From: Asterias rubens
Taxonomy: Eukaryota
Length of the DNA stretch: 64,000 bases
Direction: 5' to 3'
NCBI RefSeq assembly: GCF_902459465.1
Contig: NC_047076.1
Span: forward strand, 13,764,001 to 13,828,000
Shown: in pieces, positions 23,482 to 49,247 of the stretch
How positions within the stretch are numbered: the stretch's first letter is position 1
Layout: every line of letters begins with the position of its first letter
Made by a program: the position numbers and the translations under genes
The notes under the pieces: model-generated
Told to the model about the DNA's origin: nothing
Database searches by the model: none
What the model saw: only the letters and a program-made list of their open reading frames with translations

Positions 23482-23743
23482 ATTAGACCAAGTGTTTAGT
23501 TTGGCCTATTTATAATTAGACCAAGTGTTTAGTTTGGCCTATTTATAATTAGACCAAGTGTTTAGTTTGGCCTATTTATAATTAGACCAAGTGTTTAGTT
23601 TGGCCTATTTATAATTAGACCAAGTGTTTAGTTTGGCCTATTTATAATTAGACCAAGTGTTTAGTTTGGCCTATTTATAATTAGACCAAGTGTTTAGTTT
23701 GGCCTATTTATAATTAGACCAAGTGTTTAGTTTGGCCTATTTA
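23482..23743. repeat. 33-nt minisatellite, 8 copies
   Basis: attagaccaagtgtttagtttggcctatttata at 23482, 23515, ... 23713. Confidence 0.95.
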
Positions 23744-24595
23744 TTGTGTAAGTTTGCTACTTTTTTTTATGCCCATATTGATTATACAAAAATAAATATA
23801 CACACCACACGTGAATCAATGTCAAATTTACTTTATTATCAAATAATAGTTATAAGCCATGACATACATGCTACTCAAAAGTTGAGGTATTTTACCCTGA
23901 ATTTTTAATTACATGTAAATTAATATCTGTATTTCATTTTGAAGCACTGGATAGAAACATGCTATAGAGTGAACCATTGCCATGCTTCCAATGTACACCA
24001 GCTCATATTAAGGGTAACTGATACAAATTTATTAAATTTGTAATACATAAAAGCTGGTCTTTTGCATCAATGATTTAGTGTGGTTTAAGGAAGACCTTCC
24101 ACTTAGGAGGTTAACTTTGTGAAAATCAATGCCCAAGCAATCCAAGCCAGATGATCAAAAACTCAGTGCATGCATGTCTTCATTTAAAATGGATCTGTTT
24201 TATAACCAAGTCATGTAAATGTATGTAATGGCTGACAAAAATGAACACTATCGTTAGAGCCATGTTACATCAGGCAGTTTCCAGGCATGCAGTTTCAGGC
24301 AGTCTCCAAGAAGAAAAGCAAATCACGTTTCAACGTTCATCATCTTGTGGTTTGTAAGACAATGTTGAGAAAATGACTCATGTGCTACCAAAGTGGTCCT
24401 AGAATGCACTGCAGTTGGTTGCCTCTAAGTTGCCTCATGTGACAAGGCCCTCAGATTTTCCTAGAATTGTCAAGTTTTATAATCAGTGTTGTAGCGTTGT
24501 CCAGTGTCTATTTCCGTGGTTTTAGCCCGTATACAAGGTTCTAAACCTTATTGAAGGCAACAATGTCCATAGATTGAACCATATCCTCCAAGGTT

Positions 24596-27500
24596 TTAAA
24601 CCTTATTGAAGGCAACAATGTCCATAGATTGAACCATATCCTCAAAGGATGTGATCTTCTCTTCCAGGTCATCTGTACCGACCTGTAAACAAAGAACAAA
24701 CAAACTAAGCAAGTTGTTCTTAATCAAGTGGATACAAACCTATTGATTGTTCATGTAATGAGATTGTGTCGTGGCCGTGCGGATAAAAATACCGAACTGT
24801 TTTTTTCTGATCTGCATATTGCGCCACAGCTCCTTGTAAGAGCACCAAATTCAAACTCTGGTGTTTCTGATCAGTAGAGTGTGGGTTCGAATCCCCCAGC
24901 TGTGACACTTGTGTCCTTAAGCAATACACTTAACCATTGCTTCGTCCTTCAGGTAGACTTACAGCTGTTGGTCCCATGGTTGTGTTACGTATACAAAAGA
25001 ACCCAATGCAATGGCTGTGGCTGCTGAATGCGCCATAGCACCTTGTAAACCCTTATAAGGTGCAGCATAGTTGGGTCTCAGAATCCATAACTTAAAAACC
25101 CTATCATTCTGTATAAATGTGTAAACTAAGCGCCTTGAGTGTGCTGTAAGACTTTGATATTGTTATTATTATTACATGGTGCTATGTGAAGGAATAGGTC
25201 TCATAAATGTAGCTCCACAAACCTTGCAGGAAATAATACTGAATGCTTTGATACACCCCTAGGGGTGTGGTTAAGCGCGGTATAAGAAACTAGTTCAATT
25301 ATTATTACGTACCTTGTCATCTTCAACTACGCAGCTGATCTGAAGCTTCTTGATTCCGTATCCAACGGGGATTAGTTTAGCTGTTGGCAGAAAACAAATA
25401 ATTTACAAGAAATATGAATAGTACAATAGCTTGGACAGTGTTAATAAATAAGAACACAACTGTAGTTAATTTGCTAGTAAGGTTGAATCTAAGATCTCTT
25501 TTAATTGATTTCCAGTCATTCCACTTACATGCGTTCCATCGGAGCCCATCCATAGTGATGCCACGAACCAATTTCTCTACTTCGGCCATGTCGGTCTCAT
25601 CGTCCCATGGTTTCACATCAAGAATTATGGTGGACTTTGCAATAACAACTTTCTCTGGAAAAAAAAAGAAGGAAAATAACATTAAGTAGGCATATTTGCT
25701 CTAGCAAATTGCTCTAGCAATGCAAAGGTTATGGGTTCAATTCCCACCAGGGTGATTTGCCTGTGGATTTCAAACTATATTCCCTGACTGTTGTAGCTTT
25801 TATCATAATAACTTATTTTTTAGATGTCAAGTCTATTCTCCAGTATGTTTTTTTTATGTACTTGTAAAAATTAAGCTTGGGCAATATCAATTTATTTTAT
25901 TCACGATATATCGCCGACAATATATCGCGATATTCGATATAATCGCGATTAATGAAATTTGACATCATCAGTCTTACAACTCCAAGTGAAAGTTGTAGAA
26001 GAGACAGTCCTAGCATAAGAGAGGTGTTCTAATGACCTATTCTTCTGGTTGTACTCCAAACCTATGGGGTGCAAGATGTCTCAGCTAGCAAATACATCGC
26101 GATATTTAATCGATATATCGATATATCGCGATTCGATATTTCGATTAAAACCAAATCCATCCGATATCAAAATCATGTCCAAATTAATATCGCGATATTC
26201 CATAATATTGTGATATCGTCCAAGCTTAGTAAAAATTCTTATGTTTAATTGTGGCTGCTGGGCACCTCTAAATAGCAGTGTTTTGCTGAGAGGTCTCCCC
26301 AGAGTGAATCAGAAATAAATAAACAAACAAATAAATAACAACCTGAGGAAATGAAGTGGTAAATTGCAGAAAGACCACCAAAACTATTATGACAATTTTA
26401 ATGCTACCTTTCTAACTAAATTCAAATGATGTTTGGATGTTTTGCTGATATGCTTTGAACGCTTCTTACCAACTCAAGTGCTGAAAGACCACACAAACTG
26501 TTCTGACAATATTTATACCAAATTAGTAATTCTGAACAAAAATTCCACTGATATTTGAATGTTTCGCAGAATGTATTTATGTTTCTTACTCTTCTTGGAT
26601 GCTGCTGCTGCTGCCGCCTTCTTCTGCTCTTGCATTGCCTTCAAGTCGGCTTCATCGTCGTCATCATCACCAAACAGATCAACGTCACTATCATCATCGT
26701 CGTCATCATCTGCTGCTGCTGCTGCTGCTGGCTTGGCAGCTACAGCGGGCCCGTACTCAGTCACAGGTTTCTTTACTCCAGGTAAACTAAAAACAAGAAA
26801 ACAACAAAATTAACACAAATCTTTCTGCATGGCACCCACAGTTATTGCTGTGGAATTGTGTGGTGCCCTGTGCTTTTGCTGTGGTGGCCTTTGCAAAGTT
26901 AAAATATAAATTAACATTTTCCTCACATAAAGAAAGTGCCCCTGAGGCCTTTGTTAACCACTATACCAGTGGAAAATTGTTGTGCCCCTCTTTTAGAGCG
27001 AAAACTAAAGGCCTGTTTCCGAATGACTCAAATCTTACAAGACTGCAGTGACTCTTAAAATTACTTATACGATTCAAAATTCTTGACTGGGTAGTTCTAA
27101 TTTGCTTCTCACCTCTTGAATTGGGAGTTGTATGACTTGACCTGGTTGTACCATCTGAGAGCGTTGCAGAGGTCAGCACTGGGGGCGCCAGACATGGCCT
27201 GAAATACAACCACATCGGCTTGCGATACAGTGTACCTGAATATTTGTTGAGAAAACATTAATAAATATGTACATTGACAAATAGGCAGGTTTTAATCAAT
27301 GTGGAGGAAAGAAAATAGCCTTCACACACTGTGACTGAATATACTGAATATGCATTTAAAATTAAACCTCATCCACAGAGTCCCACAGCACAGACACACC
27401 ACTGAAAAATAAATAATAATTAGTTTTCATTCTATTTCATTATTATAATAAAAAATATAAAAAAATATAATAACTAAGCAAACCCGATTCACTTTTGGCC

Positions 27501-27837
27501 AGCAATAGCTCCTCCATGGTTATCCCATTCATGGTTATATTTTGTTATGCAACACGTTATAAAATAAAAGACAGACACTAGATAGAGAGTCGGAGACAAA
27601 CAGTTATATTTAAATTCCATTATGCAGTGTACACATTGTAATGCTAATATATACATGTACATACACACGTGTGTGTGGGCACAGTGCTTTACTTCAGAAA
27701 ACTTGATAAAAATGAGAATTACAATCCCCTAAAATAACATTTTAAAGGTGAATTTACCCTTCAATAAAACTACGGTCAGCAAGGTAGGCATTCAGGGCAC
27801 TCAGGCCTGCTGGCTTTTTCAAATCGCCGAATCCCAT
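24596..27837 (-). CDS. EEF1B2: Elongation factor 1-beta (EEF1B2 orthologue), 226 aa, 6 coding exons
   Basis: Exons 27837-27758, 27235-27113, 26786-26590, 25654-25529, 25380-25313 and 24682-24596 (681 nt). Sequence: [34 protein letters not shown]...[11 protein letters not shown]...DVDLFG...[18 protein letters not shown]...[26 protein letters not shown]...DIVAFNKV*. Confidence 0.97.
24765..25165 (+). mobile_element. tRNA/CORE-like SINE in the last EEF1B intron
   Basis: gtgtcgtggcc...gagtgtgggttcgaatccc...gtgacacttgtgtccttaagcaatacacttaacc. Family members lie at about 29051-29455, 30478-30975, 37095-37470 and 44229-44607. Confidence 0.8.
25872..26228. mobile_element. hAT-superfamily MITE
   Basis: TIRs taagcttgggcaatatc / gatatcgtccaagctta with an 8-bp TSD gtaaaaat (25864-25871 and 26229-26236). 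The 8-bp TSD is characteristic of hAT elements. Confidence 0.9.
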
Positions 27838-28112
27838 TTTCAGAAAATGTCAAAAGAGTCACAGAGAATGAAAACTGCCGACTGGTTTTTATGCTGACCA
27901 AGATCGAAAAAGGAAGGACCTAAAAATAAAATCGGCCACGCGTAAATCGGTTAGGGCGCCCCCATTCGGTCATTTTCGTCTATGCGATGATTTTGCTTGG
28001 TACCCGTGTTTCACATGATTTGATGTAAGTTTACCAGCTAGATTGAACACCGGTTTTTATCGAAGCGAAGTTATGTATTCAGCGTGAAAGCATCCCATTT
28101 TTTGTCGTCTAG
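27838..28112. promoter_or_regulatory. Bidirectional promoter for EEF1B and NDUFS1, with a TCT/5'TOP tract and the NDUFS1 non-coding exon donor
   Basis: Minus-strand ccttcctttttc at 27917-27906 lies upstream of the EEF1B ATG. The plus-strand donor gtctag|gtaagc is at 28112/28113, and the acceptor gcacag at 28844 precedes the NDUFS1 ATG. Confidence 0.7.
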
Positions 28113-28859
28113 GTAAGCATTTTATGCATGATTGTGTAATATTTTGATGAGTGAAATATATTCTTAAAAGAAGGAAGAATAATACTTTGTAATTACGCTT
28201 CACGTTTAGTTTGTAAGAAGGGATTCTCTACTACTTTCTGTAAAAAACAAAAATCAAAAAGTTATTCAAAAATAAGTACAAACTCGTCCTAAATTTTATT
28301 GAGCCTTGATGATTCGACCTTCAATGAGTCGAGTTGTTCAAAACAAATGAAGGACACCAACCATGCCAACACGACCAACTTTCATTTGCAAAGTAAAGAA
28401 ACTTTGTTCTCGAGATTAGCAGGCCTAAATAATAATATAACATTAACATTAATCAAAGATTTCGAGGGAAATGGGAAAGTTCACACTCACTAACAGTACA
28501 CTGCATCAAGTACGATAGCTACAGAGCATGTAGTCCAGAGTTCAAACAATTTTAATATAATAACAACAGTGTTAACACACTTACTGCACAGGGCAGATTG
28601 ATTTCAATTATTATGGCACATATTTAAACATGAGCAGGCCTTTTTCACTTTTGAGCTTGATTTGATCAAAATTAGGAATAGGCCTTTTTTGCAGAATACC
28701 CAGCAACTCAAGACCTTAGATGCAGAATTAATTTGAGGAGTGACTTAGTTAAACAAATGTCTTAACCCTATTATTTTGTGTTGGTTAGCTTACTCAAACT
28801 AAAGGTTGACTTATCATCAATATTTTTTGTTCAGTTTTGCACAGACCTCAGTAGTCGCC

Positions 28860-41578
<12,719 letters not shown>

Positions 41579-43820
41579 AAACCAAGGCAAGTAATTAAGC
41601 ACTAAAGAAGTTGACAGGAATAACAAGTTTCCTGTATGAGTGTTATATATGATATGAAGTAAAAAGGTTTTAATCGATGGCCATAATATAAGGGCCCAAT
41701 TTATAGAGCTGCTTAAGCAAAAATATTTGCTTAAGCAAAAAAATCCTTGCTTCGTTAAACCAGATTACCTGCAAAGACTTCACTCAATGTGTATGCTAAG
41801 TAAACAACAGCGAAATACCAGTCACAAGCAATGCATATGGCATGACATTTGGCCAGTAATATGTGTCAAATAACCGAGCTGTTTTTGTGCTTAAGCACAT
41901 TTTTTGCATGAGCATCTCTATGAAATTGGCCCCTGGTCCCAATTTCATGGCTCCGCTTACAGTAAGCACATAATCGCTGCTTGCTGAAGCAGGGAATTTG
42001 CAATTATCGATTATGTCAAGTGTATTTTACGGTTTAGCAGGGAATTTATTGCCTGTGCGCAAGGATAATTACTAGGCATTCTTCGCTTACACAGGTAGCG
42101 CAGGAGTTTGCCGCTTGCGCAGTTAGTGGAGAACGGTGAATGCAAGCGCAGAAATCGGCAGTAAGCAGAGCCATGAAATTGGGCCCTATTCATACCAGCA
42201 ACATTGAAGTGACAAAATATACGCGAGCATACTCCATAAATCTAGGCATTCTTCGCATACACAGCTAGCACAGAAGTTTGGCGCTTGCACAGTTAGTGGA
42301 GAACGGTGATTACAAGCGCAGAAATCGGCAGTAAGCAGAGCCATGAAATTGGGCCCTGTTCAAACAAGCAACATTAAAGTGACAAGTTATAATTTCATGT
42401 CGGTGGTTGGATAATTCCAAGACTGTTTTGAAACTTGGTTTCCAGTTTTAAGTAGTCAAATGAGGAGAAATGTTTAAACAATGACAAGGAAGTCTGTCCA
42501 AACAAACAATGATAAATTTGCAAGTTACAGTTTCAAAATAGTGGTTGGATTTTGATAATTCCGAGACTGATTTGAAACTGTGTTTCGGGTGTTTGCAGAG
42601 TAATGTAAAAAAACCATGATGGAACTATATGAAGACTTCAATGTCAGTGTTGTATGACGCACAATACTCAACTTTAAAGATCAACTTGTACATAAATAAT
42701 GACAATGTACTTTTGTGATAGAAAGCTAATTGAGTGTGTAATGAATACATATAATTGGGTAAAACTTTAATTAATACAAATGGTTTAAATTGGGGACAAA
42801 CCTCATTTACAAATATCCACAAAAAATAGTCAAATTTGTTTGAGTGACTTTGTTCAAGTTGATCTTTAAAAACAATAATTTTGGCATGTGGAGTTCAATG
42901 CCTGCATTTCCTATATTATAAGTCACCGCGTTTCATGATCATATTTTATTCTCTAACTGATTTAAAGATCAGGTCAATTACATTGAATTAAAATACCAAG
43001 ACGTGTGATTTTGATCCATATTTATTGGTTCCAGCTTCCAGTTAAGTAAAAACACTTTTAATGAAATTCATAGCATTACATTCAGTAGTTGCTGTGCAAA
43101 GATTACAAATGCTATTAATAATAATGTGGTCCATCAAGAATATCCTATTTTGAAGTTTCTTCACCAAATTTTATTTTATTTCCAAGTGTAATTTCTAGAA
43201 CAAACGGTTTGAAAAACAAGCGACCGGTAGCAATAAGAATGAAAAAAACTTGTACAAATATCTTCGTCACAATAAAAGTAGCAATGTTTGAAGTAAAGAA
43301 CTAAGTTTAATTAAGTTGGACCGCTTGGCATGTCAACTGTACATACACATTGTGATTGTTTTCCAATAAATATTTGTTGGATTGAAAACGAAAAAGTCTA
43401 ATCTGTGTTTTCAGTTTGTCCATAATTCCTTTATGGTTTTACTTCATAAGGCATACAAGTCTACTGTTGAAACTTGCTTTTGATTTTTACCATTATTTTG
43501 ATTCCCAACTAATTTATTGATTTTTTCCAATTTTGTTGCAGTTGAACTGACTTTCAAAGTTGATGATTTTCTCAACTATTTCTTCATTCACTTTAATAGA
43601 CTTTTATGATTCTTTATAGTTTATGTTTCCATTTTTTTAATTTTTTTATCCGGATCAGTTCTTGCAGGGTTGAATTGACTTTCAAAAATGTTGATTCCAA
43701 TAATTCTTTCAATTATTTCTTGATTCACTTGGAATTGATTCTCTATAATTTATGATGTTTAAATTTTTTTAATTTCTTGCAGTTCATTCCTGTTATTAAG
43801 TTATTGATTCCTAATAAGTG

Positions 43821-44050
43821 CATTGATTACCTTGATTTGATTACATTGATTACCTTGATTTGATTACACTGATTACCTTGATTTGATTACATTGATTACC
43901 TTGATTTGATTACATTGATTACCTTGATTTGATTACATTGATTACCTTGCTTTGATTACATTGATTACCTTGATTTGATTACATTGATTACCTTGATTTG
44001 ATTACATTGATTACATTAACTTGATTGCATTGATTACATTAACTTGATTG
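43821..44050. repeat. 23-nt minisatellite (about 7.5 copies plus variants) at the start of the HCN 3' UTR
   Basis: cattgattaccttgatttgatta at 43821, 43844, ... 43982. Confidence 0.9.
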
Positions 44051-44061
44051 CTTGATAACCC

Positions 44062-47000
44062 TCAGTCTTCAGCAGATTCAAAGAGGTCTTCTGTACTTTC
44101 TTCAGAATTACTTTGCAGAATTTTCTGCAGTCGTTCCTTGGCTACATCTGCCATCATTCCTCGCACGTCGGGATGCTCGTCTAAGACTGATCAGAATATA
44201 CAGGGGGAAAAAATCAAAAAGATTTACGTAAGTGTCGTGGCCGAGCGGTGTAGAGCACCGAATTTAAACTCTGGCGTTTCTGATCAGCAGAATGTGGATT
44301 CGAATCCCTGGTCGTGACACTTGTGTCCTTAAAGCAAGACACTGAACCATTGCTAACGTAAAGCCGTTAGTTCCATGTGTAAACGCATGTAAAAAAAACC
44401 AGTGCACTTATCGAAAAGAGAAGGGGTTCGCCCCGGTGTTCCTCGCTGGATTGGCATTATTATTGCGCCACAGCACCTTGTAAACCATTACATGGTGCTT
44501 AAAAATTAGGTCTTTTACTCAAAATTCGCCCCACTCCTTGCAGTAATAATATCTGGCGCTTTGTATCCTTTGGCAAAAGGCGCGTTATAAATACGGTTAT
44601 TATTATAAATTAAATGGTTGAAATGATGATCATAAGTCAAACAATATGAATTTAATAGAGAGATAGAAGGACAAGTATGTCATTGCAGAACCCACTGCTA
44701 AAAATTCAAAGTACAGGATTCAGACCTGCCTCTAGCTACTGGGCAATCTCGGTGGTCTAGTTGGTAAGACACTGCTTCAGATTGGCAAGGGTTTGGGTTT
44801 GAATCCCACCCGAGTAATTTACCTGTGATTTTATTCACTGAACTTGAGAAAGTACTGAGTATACAGTGCTACCAGGCATCGGTGTAGGGGTTAAACCAAA
44901 GTTCATATTCTTAAACCTCGATGCAAGTTTAACATCTATTAAATCACTGCGGTAACTGCTGCTAAAATATAGGATTGGAACTGCCTCTGTTAGCTACTGG
45001 GCAATCTCGGTGGTCTAGTTGGTAAGACATCTGCTCTAGATTGATTGTGGGTTAAAATCCCACCCAATTAGTATGCCTGTGATTCTCACAGAACTCGGTG
45101 GAAACTCTAGTATACAGTGCTTACACACATCGGTGTTGGAGTCAAACCAAATAATGGTCTTTATTCCCGATGCATATTGAACAATTTTTTATTTATTTTA
45201 GTTTTATTTATTTTTACTCAACATCCAATAGCGCAAGCGCCACTCACAGGAGGGATAAAAATATTAATATTAAACATTATAAAAACAGTAAAATGTAACA
45301 ATCAATTAAGGAAGTGAACAAAACATAAATATTGAACATCTACTAGATAAGTACCTTGATTAAAGCTCTCTCTGTTGAGGCGGTATATGTCACAGGTAGT
45401 TGTTGTTACAACGGATGCAACGCGGCGTTCATCAATCAACAAAGCAATCTCTGCAATAAATCCACAATTATTCAATTCACATTTATGTCCCTACTGTCAA
45501 CTACACAGCATTACAGAATGATCCATATACAATTTAATAGCAAACAGAGGGGTGTAATGTTTATACAGGGTGCGTTCAATTAGCTTTCCTGTGTCGACCC
45601 CGTGATCAATCGGGTGAGCCCCTGACAAGAGCTAATTGGACGATCACTCACTCTCTCGTGGTGATGTCATGCACCATGGGCCAGCCCAGAGTGACCTCTT
45701 CCACAAGCAAGGCACTTGGAGCTGACCAGGGTGAGCGCTGCATATGTTGTCAAAGCTATTCAAACGTACTGGGTGCAGATCATGGTCGACCCAGGGAAGC
45801 TAATCGAGCGCACCCAAAGTCAATAAAAAGGAAAAGTATGGAGGCAGATTTGATAAACCAAGGATGTAGACAAGAGACAGAGACAGAAAATAAGAGGACG
45901 TACGAAAATGATCAAAACAATAACAACAACACTAAATCAACTAAAATGAAAATATGATGTTGTATATGAAAATAACAAATGATGATAAACCTGGCAAAGC
46001 AGTCAATGGATTATAGTTAACAACACAACAAATCTAAGACCAAATAGAAAAAAAATAAAACATTTCTGCAAACTTCTTATCAAAAATTCTCACCACCAAA
46101 ATGGTCTCCATCCTGAAGTTTGCCAACCACCCGGCCTTCGACTTCAATTTGTACATTTCCATGCTCAATGAAATACATGCTGTTGCCTTTACGACCAGCC
46201 TTTATGATGGTGTCACCCTTCAAGTAGACTTCAAATGTTAGTTTCTCGATGACATCGACGACGTAGTCCGGACTTCCTTTGTTGAGAAATTCTACTTTGC
46301 TGACGAGAGAGCGAAGACTATGTTGTATGATCTCCTTTTTTTGGAGAAAAACAATTTAAATTATGGCAAACCAAGAAAACATGTTAATTTTATGTCCCAG
46401 TCGGATGGGATGTAAAGCCGTTGGTCCCGTGTGTTGTGTATTGCACGAGAAGGGGTTCGCCTCGGTGTTCCTGGTTTGATTGGCAGCATATTGCGCCACA
46501 GCACCTTGTAATCCAATAGGTGCTTTAAAAAGTAGGTCTTATACTTGAAATCGTAGCTCTTCAAACCTTGCAGAAAAACTACTGTGCACTTTGATACGGC
46601 CCTTTAGGGGTGTGTTAAAGCGCTATATACGAACCAAGTATTATTATATCATAAACCTCAAGGGTTGTGGTTTATTATTTGATATCTGAAATAAAAATTT
46701 GCACCCCCTTAAGGTGATCCCCTGGCTGCCGCTTCCAAAGTTGTATCGAAAACTTGGGTGTGATCCCTGGTTACACGGCAGTTAACGGTTGTATGGCTTC
46801 TGACTGGTACCCTGAACAAAGATATTGACTAATAGGGAGACCCTCAACATATGGCTTGTCAGAAACCTCAGTTGGTAGAGCGCCGGTACGCTAACCCAAA
46901 GGTCGTTGGTTCAAGTCCTGCTCCAGTAAATTTTTCTTTGTTCAAACCAATAACTTCTATATCATCTTAATTTTGCAATCAACTGCTATAAATACCATTG

Positions 47001-49173
47001 AAACGATTTCTGTATCATTTGAAAATTCATGATCAATAAATATTTGAATAGGAATTGGCTTTTGTGGTTATTCTTCATCCGATTGATTGCTGTAATATAT
47101 TGATTATTTCTTCTCCTGAAGACGATCAGAGCATACTGATCGAAACTTTGAGTTGTCAACCACTGGTTCTTTTCAGAACCAACACTACTCAAAAGAGATT
47201 TACACATGGTGTTACCACGTAAACCTCTCTTTCCACCATGCAAAGTTTCAAATCCTGTTTATTGATTATTGACTAATTAATTGACATTACTCACCCTTCT
47301 TATTGGATCATTCTGCTCCTGAAGAATCTCATCCTCATCAAAAAATTTCCGCTGGTAACGATGATCGTAGTAATCCAATACGCGCTTCTGTGTCTGCCCT
47401 GGTATTTTGCGATAACGCATGTATTCCTTGACTTGGTTGATCTATGCAAATAAGTTAATAGTAAAAAACAAATATCTCTAGTTAGAAAACACTTTCATCA
47501 TAGGCTTGTGCACACAAATTTTACAGTGTTAGCACATTAACATTGACAAAATTGTTGAAGTCATTTGTTAATAGATTTTAAATTTTTATTGGGGATAAAG
47601 AATTTTAATTTGGGGTTATGGGTTAAACCATTTTTTGGTCAAACTCACTCTTCAACATCTGGAATGGTTATTAGCTTTTCAAAAATTAAGAAATCAATAT
47701 TCATAATAAGTTGTACAAATTTCCCGACGGTCTACTGGCTGCAGTATAAATTGTCAAAGGCCAGTCTTCTTACTTGGTGTATCCCAACATATGCACAAAA
47801 TAACAAACCTGTGAAATTTGAACTTAATTGGTCGTCAAAGTTGCGAGATAATAATGGATGAAAAAACTTTCTTGTCACACAAAGTTGTGTGCTTTAAGAT
47901 GCTTGATTTCGACGCCATGATTTACTTAGAAACTAATAATAAATAATAATAAAAAGACTTGTAATGCGCACATATCCACCCTGCGGGGTGTTCAAGGCGC
48001 AGTAAAAAAAAAATGCAAAGCATTTGAATCCCTTTGTATGTGGTTAGAAAGATGTTTTCAAAGTAGAATATAATGATCCACACAAATATGCCTAGAAATT
48101 GCATGGCTTTCCTTATATGTCATGAACTAACACGGCACGCAATTTTGTACAGTCAAGTTTTTGAGTCCATAAAATGGCCGACCGTGTTAGTTTATTGCAA
48201 AGTATAAGGAAAACCATGCACTTTCGAGGCATATTTGTGTGGATCATTATATTCTACTTTTAAAAAATCTTCAATTGCTTTTCATGGACCATCTCGCCCG
48301 ATCCAAGGCAACGTGTTCCTTAAATAAGTTTACCTTTTCATTGTAGATTCTGCCTGATGCACCTATAGATAGAAGCAAAGTGGCCATTTGGCCAACAAAG
48401 CCGGCATAAAACGAAGCACCTAGTGTGATACTTATAGTAGCAGCCCACATCTCGATCAGGTTTTGTGGTGTATGACGACCAAATCCAATACCAAGCATGT
48501 GACTGATGGCTGTGAAGAAAGCCCAGGAATATTGATCCCATTTATCAGCATTCTGGAGATATTAAACAAAAGTATTACTTATTCATGCATTTTGCTTTTA
48601 AGGTGAAAACATTTAATTAGAAAGGACCGATGGTATAAATAAATGCGCAAATTGTTTTATGGCCTGACGTTTTAACCCTAGCAGATTCTTTCTTGAAGGC
48701 TAAAATGTTTCTAATGTGGTTAGACCTTGCCAAAAAGGACTATAATTCAAATATGTTCAAAATACTGAATCCAAGGTTTATTTTATTGCATGCACATTCT
48801 TAAAAAGGGTTTCTTGTTTTCAAAAACCAAACGATTGTATTACTTTGTTAAAAATCTATTACTTTGTTAAAAATCTTCATTTTCAACCGAAGGGCTCAGT
48901 TTTTACCTCAAGACCACTAAGAGTCACCCAACTGTCCGGCGGGAAATCTTGAGCGAATGCGATGAAGAATTGAATACAACTATTCCAATGAATCACAACC
49001 AGCATGACCAGACTCAAGTTGATTATCCGGATCACTGCTCCTTCTACACTGAAGATCTGACAAGATTGAACAAAAAACGTGAACGATATCGATTTAAAAA
49101 GTTTTTTCCCGTTTGCTTACTTATCATTTATATTTGCTTAGTTTTAGTATAAAGCGCTATATAAATGTAACTA

Positions 49174-49247
<74 letters not shown>

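Noticed and set aside
26240-26310. Hairpin followed by ACA on the EEF1B sense strand (H/ACA-like)
   Set aside because: There is no H box or first hairpin upstream, and the pocket geometry is non-canonical.
26420-26490. C/D-box snoRNA-like motif (atgatgt...ctga...ctga) in EEF1B intron 3, prompted by vertebrate EEF1B2 hosting snoRNAs
   Set aside because: It is on the strand opposite the host gene, box C is imperfect and I recognised no rRNA guide.
26555-26813. Plus-strand ORFs with poly-Ser/Ala/Cys/His runs
   Set aside because: They are antisense shadows of the low-complexity acidic exon 3 of EEF1B.
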